Shown here: positions 59,982 through 64,000 of the stretch, piece after piece
How the letters are laid out: the number at the start of each line of letters is the position of its first letter
Position numbering within the stretch: position 1 is the stretch's first letter
NCBI GenBank assembly: GCA_903927505.1
Contig: CAIYNF010000084.1
Location: forward strand, 4,577 to 68,576
DNA from: an uncultured Bacteroidota bacterium
Lineage (GTDB): Bacteria > Bacteroidota > Bacteroidia > UKL13-3
Length of the DNA stretch: 64,000 nucleotides
Reading direction: 5' to 3'
Position numbers and translations under genes: made by a program
The notes under the pieces: model-generated
Databases searched by the model: none
The model's input: only the letters and a program-made list of their open reading frames with translations
Told to the model about the DNA's origin: nothing

Positions 59982-61055
59982 TTAGTTTAAGATGTTCTTT
60001 AAATTCTTTTCGTTTGCCTGCATCCACTCAAAAGTATCAGCTACCAAGGCTTTCATGTCTTTGGCAGGTTTCCATGCGCCACCATTAATTTGGTTTAATT
60101 TAGTGCAATCACTCACGTAAATTCTTACATCTGCTGCTCTGTTTTCTGTAACAGGTTTGATAGTAATTTTATTGCCAGTTATTTCTTGGCAAAGTGTAGT
60201 AAGTTCTTGTAAACTAAAACTTGTTTGCAATCCACCACCCACATTCATGGTTTGGTTATTGTATACATCCAAGTTGTGAATTTGGTGATCGATGAGTTGT
60301 AGTAAATCATCTGCATGCATTACATCGCGCATTTGTTTACCAGTTCCTCCGTATCCAATATAGGCCAGTTCGCCTTTAAAATAATGACGAGCTAACCATA
60401 ACACCAAAACGCCTTGGTCTATTTTGCCCATTTGCCATGGACCGCTAATAACACCGCAACGGTTGATTATGCTTTTAACGCCTTTTAATTCGTTGTATTC
60501 TGTAATGAGTAATTCTGAGGCTAATTTGGTGGTACCATAAAAACTTCTGCTTCCTTCTAATGGAAAATCTTCGGCCACACCTTGTGCAGAAATACCACGC
60601 AAACTTTGTTGGTTCGACCATACAAAACGCGTTTCTAATTCTTCAAAATTGGCAGCTTCTAAATTTTTAATAGGATAGATTCTACTGGTAGAAAGGAAAA
60701 TAAATGCTGCACCTGTTCTTTTTGCCAATTCAAGACAATTAACGGTTCCGTTAAGGTTGGCATTGAGTAGCGGCAAAACGGGAGAATTAATGCCAGAAAG
60801 CACACTTGGATCTGCGGAGGCATCTAAAATAAAATCGAGCGTATCAAATTCTAATAGGTCTTCTGCGTTTCTAATATCACCATGAACAAATTCTACTTCG
60901 GCTTCTTTGAGGCGAATTAAATTTAATTCTGAACCTCTGCGGCGCAAATTATCTAAGGCAATAACCCTGTAATTGGGGTACCTTAATTTTAGGCCAATGG
61001 CTAGGGTTGACCCAACAAAACCAGCACCTCCTGTTATTAATAGCTTTTTGCTCAT
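59982..61055 (-). CDS. Extended-SDR NAD-dependent epimerase/dehydratase (second paralogue)
   Basis: [28 protein letters not shown], and catalytic YGTTKLASE. Confidence 0.75.
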   Translation of the reverse strand: MSKKLLITGGAGFVGSTLAIGLKLRYPNYRVIALDNLRRRGSELNLIRLKEAEVEFVHGDIRNAEDLLEFDTLDFILDASADPSVLSGINSPVLPLLNANLNGTVNCLELAKRTGAAFIFLSTSRIYPIKNLEAANFEELETRFVWSNQQSLRGISAQGVAEDFPLEGSRSFYGTTKLASELLITEYNELKGVKSIINRCGVISGPWQMGKIDQGVLVLWLARHYFKGELAYIGYGGTGKQMRDVMHADDLLQLIDHQIHNLDVYNNQTMNVGGGLQTSFSLQELTTLCQEITGNKITIKPVTENRAADVRIYVSDCTKLNQINGGAWKPAKDMKALVADTFEWMQANEKNLKNILN

Positions 61056-61180
61056 GATTACTTAAGAAGCGCAATTTTAAGGAATTGGATTGAATTACTT
61101 GTGGTTTTTTGTTGAATAGGGGCTAAAATAAGCCATAAAAACCCAAAGATTTTTATAATTTCGAAGCTTTCAAATTATAT

Positions 61181-62122
61181 ATGTCAACGGAAAGAATACT
61201 CATCATTGGTTCAAACGGCCAGATAGGCCTAGAATTAGCCGAATCTCTCAGAATAAATTATGGTTCAGAAAATGTGATTTGCAGCGATGTACGTCAGATG
61301 GAACATCAAATAATGCCTTTTGAAACATTGGATGTATTGGATCAAAACAGTTTATTGGCCATTGTAAAGAAGTATAATATTACCCAAGTATATTTATTGG
61401 CTGCCCTTTTAAGTGCTACTGCAGAGAAGAATCCAAAGTTTGCCTGGCAATTGAATATGGATGGTTTGTTCCATGTTTTGGACTTAGCCAAAGAGGGTCT
61501 GATTAAAAAAGTTTATTGGCCAAGTTCAATTGCGGTTTTTGGACCAAGTACACCGCGTTTAAATACACCTCAATACACTGTTATGGAGCCAAATACTATT
61601 TATGGTATTAGCAAACAGGCGGGAGAACGTTATTGTGAATATTACCACCAAAAATATGGTGTAGATGTAAGAAGTATTCGTTACCCAGGTTTAATTGGTT
61701 GGAAGAGTGCTCCGGGCGGTGGAACAACAGATTATGCCGTTCATATCTATCATGAAGCCTTGAAACAACAAAGCTATAATTGCTTTTTAAGTGCTGAAAC
61801 CAGCTTGCCAATGATGTATATGCCAGATGCCATTAGAGCAACAATTGAGTTGATGGAGTCGCCAGCAGAGAAAGTTAAGATCAGAAGTAGCTATAATGTA
61901 TCAGGAATTAGCTTTAATCCGGAAGAAATTGCTGCCAGCATCCGAAAATTTATTCCAAATTTCACAATAAGTTATACACCAGACTTTAGGCAAGCCATTG
62001 CAGACAGTTGGCCACAAAGCATAAACGACCAAGAAGCTCGTGAACATTGGGGTTGGAAGCCTGAATTTGACCTTGATGCTATGACAAAGGTGATGTTAGA
62101 CAACTTAGGTAAACAAGTTTAG
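61181..62122 (+). CDS. tdh: Extended-SDR enzyme, probably L-threonine 3-dehydrogenase (UDP-glucose-4-epimerase-like TDH type)
   Basis: ILIIGSNGQIGLEL, YGISKQAGERYCEYY, RYPGLIGWKSAPGGGTTDYAVHIYHEAL. The GGGTTDYAV block is characteristic of SDR-type TDH as I recall it. Confidence 0.55.
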   Translation: MSTERILIIGSNGQIGLELAESLRINYGSENVICSDVRQMEHQIMPFETLDVLDQNSLLAIVKKYNITQVYLLAALLSATAEKNPKFAWQLNMDGLFHVLDLAKEGLIKKVYWPSSIAVFGPSTPRLNTPQYTVMEPNTIYGISKQAGERYCEYYHQKYGVDVRSIRYPGLIGWKSAPGGGTTDYAVHIYHEALKQQSYNCFLSAETSLPMMYMPDAIRATIELMESPAEKVKIRSSYNVSGISFNPEEIAASIRKFIPNFTISYTPDFRQAIADSWPQSINDQEAREHWGWKPEFDLDAMTKVMLDNLGKQV

Positions 62123-62296
62123 GTGAAATATACAATACCTATTAATAGGTATTTTTAATGTAATCATCTGATTTATAAATAGATGAGTTGAAAATTTTAC
62201 ACAGAATTTGCACTCATTTTCTTGCTTTCAATTTTTATTTACTCTTAATTTGGTGTGAAAGTGATTATGGAAACATAACAAAAGACCTTTCCGCCT

Positions 62297-63277
62297 ATGA
62301 TTTTTTTTATTAGCCCCACCCGCGCAAATCATTGCGTTAAACCTTCTGTTTTTACACATAAAAATCTGATTTTCAGATTCATTTGCCTTCTTTCGCTTTT
62401 GTTTCTACCAAGTTTATTGTGGGCGCAGAAAGTAGTGAGTGAGCAGGGTGTTTTTAAGATGAAGGTAGAGAAGAGTGTTTCGGAATTACAAGCTGAAAAA
62501 TACTGTATTGAGCATGCCCGCATTGACGCCATAGAAAAGGCGTTTGGACAAACCATTGTTCAAGGAAATTCTACCTATATAAAAAACGAAAGAACAGGCA
62601 GTACCACCGAGAGCAAAACAGTATTTAATTTAATGTCGGAATCGCTGGTAAATGGCGAATGGGTTGAAGACATAAAACCACCTAAAATTGATAAAGAATT
62701 TATAGACGGTGAGCTTTGGATGACGGCCACCGTTTATGGAAAAATTCGGGAGATAAAGGAAGTTCCCATTATGTTTAAGAGCAGTTTATTGAGCTGCCCA
62801 AGTGCCGAGTGTAAAACCACCACTTTTAATAACAAGCAATCTGTTTACCTCAGTTTTGTTGCACCCGAAGATGGGTATATCTCTGTATACTGCGATGTGC
62901 CAGATGAGCATACCACTTATAGGATGTTGCCTTATAAGGCAGATCAAAATATTTCTTCTTACCCTGTAAAAGCAGATCAAGCGTATTTGTTTTTTTATCC
63001 TAAAGCTTCAGGTGCAATCCAACAAGGCAAGGTTGATGATTTTACCTTTTTATTGGCGAGGCCCAATACGCCTGAAGTTAATAAGGTATTCATTTTGTTT
63101 CGACCCAAAAATGAAATTCCCAAACCATTGTTGAGCAATGGAAAACCCATGAGCGATATTCAGTTAGAAATGCCATTGAATATAGAGAGTGAAGCCTTTA
63201 AGCTGTGGCTCCAAAAATTGCGCAGGGCAGCATCGGATATTCAATTAGAATCTATTGTAGTAAGTATAGAACCATAA
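62297..63277 (+). CDS. Secreted hypothetical protein with a DUF4384-like C-terminal half
   Basis: Hydrophobic signal LLSLLFLPSLLWAQ. The block GYISVYCDVPDEHTTYRMLPYKAD...YLFF...VNKVFILF resembles the DUF4384 beta-sandwich pattern. The exact start codon is uncertain. Confidence 0.55.
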   Translation: MIFFISPTRANHCVKPSVFTHKNLIFRFICLLSLLFLPSLLWAQKVVSEQGVFKMKVEKSVSELQAEKYCIEHARIDAIEKAFGQTIVQGNSTYIKNERTGSTTESKTVFNLMSESLVNGEWVEDIKPPKIDKEFIDGELWMTATVYGKIREIKEVPIMFKSSLLSCPSAECKTTTFNNKQSVYLSFVAPEDGYISVYCDVPDEHTTYRMLPYKADQNISSYPVKADQAYLFFYPKASGAIQQGKVDDFTFLLARPNTPEVNKVFILFRPKNEIPKPLLSNGKPMSDIQLEMPLNIESEAFKLWLQKLRRAASDIQLESIVVSIEP

Positions 63278-63280
63278 GCC

Positions 63281-64000
63281 ATGAAAACAAAAAAAATAGC
63301 CTATTTCCTAATTATTTGTTTACTCCCAATTGCACAAATGAAGGCGCAATTAGTGGGAAACAGTAAAAAAACCGAATTGAATTTAAGTAAACCCTATGAA
63401 CGTGGTTTGCCTCCCAATATTTTTGTGGAGTTGCAATTTGTAGACGACAATGCCAATGGTTTGTTGGAGGCAGAAGAAAACGCAAGACTTATTTTAAAAA
63501 TTAGAAATGAAGGAAATGGTCCTGCGCAAGGTTTGCAGATCAGTTTGAAATCAAACGTAACAGATCCTGAATTGCAAATTGAACAAAACAAAACGGTAAG
63601 GTTTATAAAGCCCAATGAAACTAAAATTGTTGAAATGAAAATTAATGCGGGCTTTTTTATTAAAACCAATGAGCACCGCATGGTTTTAAATATTACCGAG
63701 AATTTTGGGTATGATATGGACCCAGCTTTGTTGGTGGTAAATACCTACCAATATATCCCTTCAAAAATTGTGTTTGCTGGTATGGATATTTTTGACCAAG
63801 GGGAGGGAACCATGGCCAAAGTTAAAGATGGGGTATTGCAAGCGGGTGAGCAGATTAAGGCAAAAATGGTTATTCAAAATATTGGTCAGAATAAAGCAAC
63901 TGGCGTTACTTATAAATTAACTACTACTGATCCAAATATTTTCCTTGAAAATGCTACAGGTGAAATTGGCGAAATGATGATTGGTGAGACCAAAGAAATT
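63281..64000 (+). CDS. 5' part of a secreted protein built from repeated CARDB-like beta-sandwich modules (continues beyond the window; not in the ORF track)
   Basis: ATG 63281 lies 3 nt after the upstream stop, and the frame is open for 240 codons to the window end. Signal peptide MKTKKIAYFLIICLLPIAQMKAQ. There are two similar modules (NANGLLEAEENARLILKIRNEGNGPAQGLQISL and DGVLQAGEQIKAKMVIQNIGQNKATGVTYKL). Confidence 0.65.
   Translation, partial: MKTKKIAYFLIICLLPIAQMKAQLVGNSKKTELNLSKPYERGLPPNIFVELQFVDDNANGLLEAEENARLILKIRNEGNGPAQGLQISLKSNVTDPELQIEQNKTVRFIKPNETKIVEMKINAGFFIKTNEHRMVLNITENFGYDMDPALLVVNTYQYIPSKIVFAGMDIFDQGEGTMAKVKDGVLQAGEQIKAKMVIQNIGQNKATGVTYKLTTTDPNIFLENATGEIGEMMIGETKEI

Noticed and set aside
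63394-63681. 95-aa minus-strand ORF at the 3' end.
   Set aside because: It is antisense to the 240-codon open frame with a signal peptide and repeated modules that starts at 63281. It is a shadow ORF.

Overview
AT-rich chromosomal segment (high-30s % GC by eye) with clear Bacteroidota hallmarks: T9SS type A and type B C-terminal sorting domains, a fused SecDF, a GH3-family gene, a beta-propeller/Y_Y_Y sensor kinase and TAnnTTTG -7 promoter boxes. I call 47 tightly packed protein genes, two of them truncated by the window edges, and most are housekeeping. They include a thioredoxin-domain protein, purS, pssA, radA, class II RNR nrdJ, secDF, exbBD, udk, a TetR-TolC-MFP-RND efflux operon and a YbiT-like ABC-F ATPase. 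They also include a LytTR two-component pair, prmA, recQ, sucD, an envelope-glycan cluster (GT2, methyltransferase, two SDR epimerases, large polytopic membrane protein) and several secreted or outer-membrane proteins. I found no rRNA, tRNA, CRISPR array, transposase, integrase or phage gene, so this reads as core genome rather than an island. I cannot point to a clear-cut novel multi-gene system with confidence. The observations most worth a second look are listed here. (1) A 10-bp palindrome, GGTTCGAACC, recurs far more often than composition predicts, in both coding and intergenic DNA. (2) A PcrB/GGGPS-type prenyl-glyceryl-phosphate synthase is apparently co-transcribed with a HAD phosphatase, near a polyprenyl synthase. 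(3) The ABC-F ATPase has a degenerate second ATP site. (4) Two orphan structured, terminator-ended intergenic elements are possible sRNAs. (5) An unlisted 51-codon Cys-rich membrane ORF sits after yfhO. (6) An Omp85-type barrel is fused to PD40 propeller repeats. (7) A secreted DUF4384-like protein is paired with a repeat-module protein at the 3' edge. All functional calls come from reading motifs by eye; no database search was possible.
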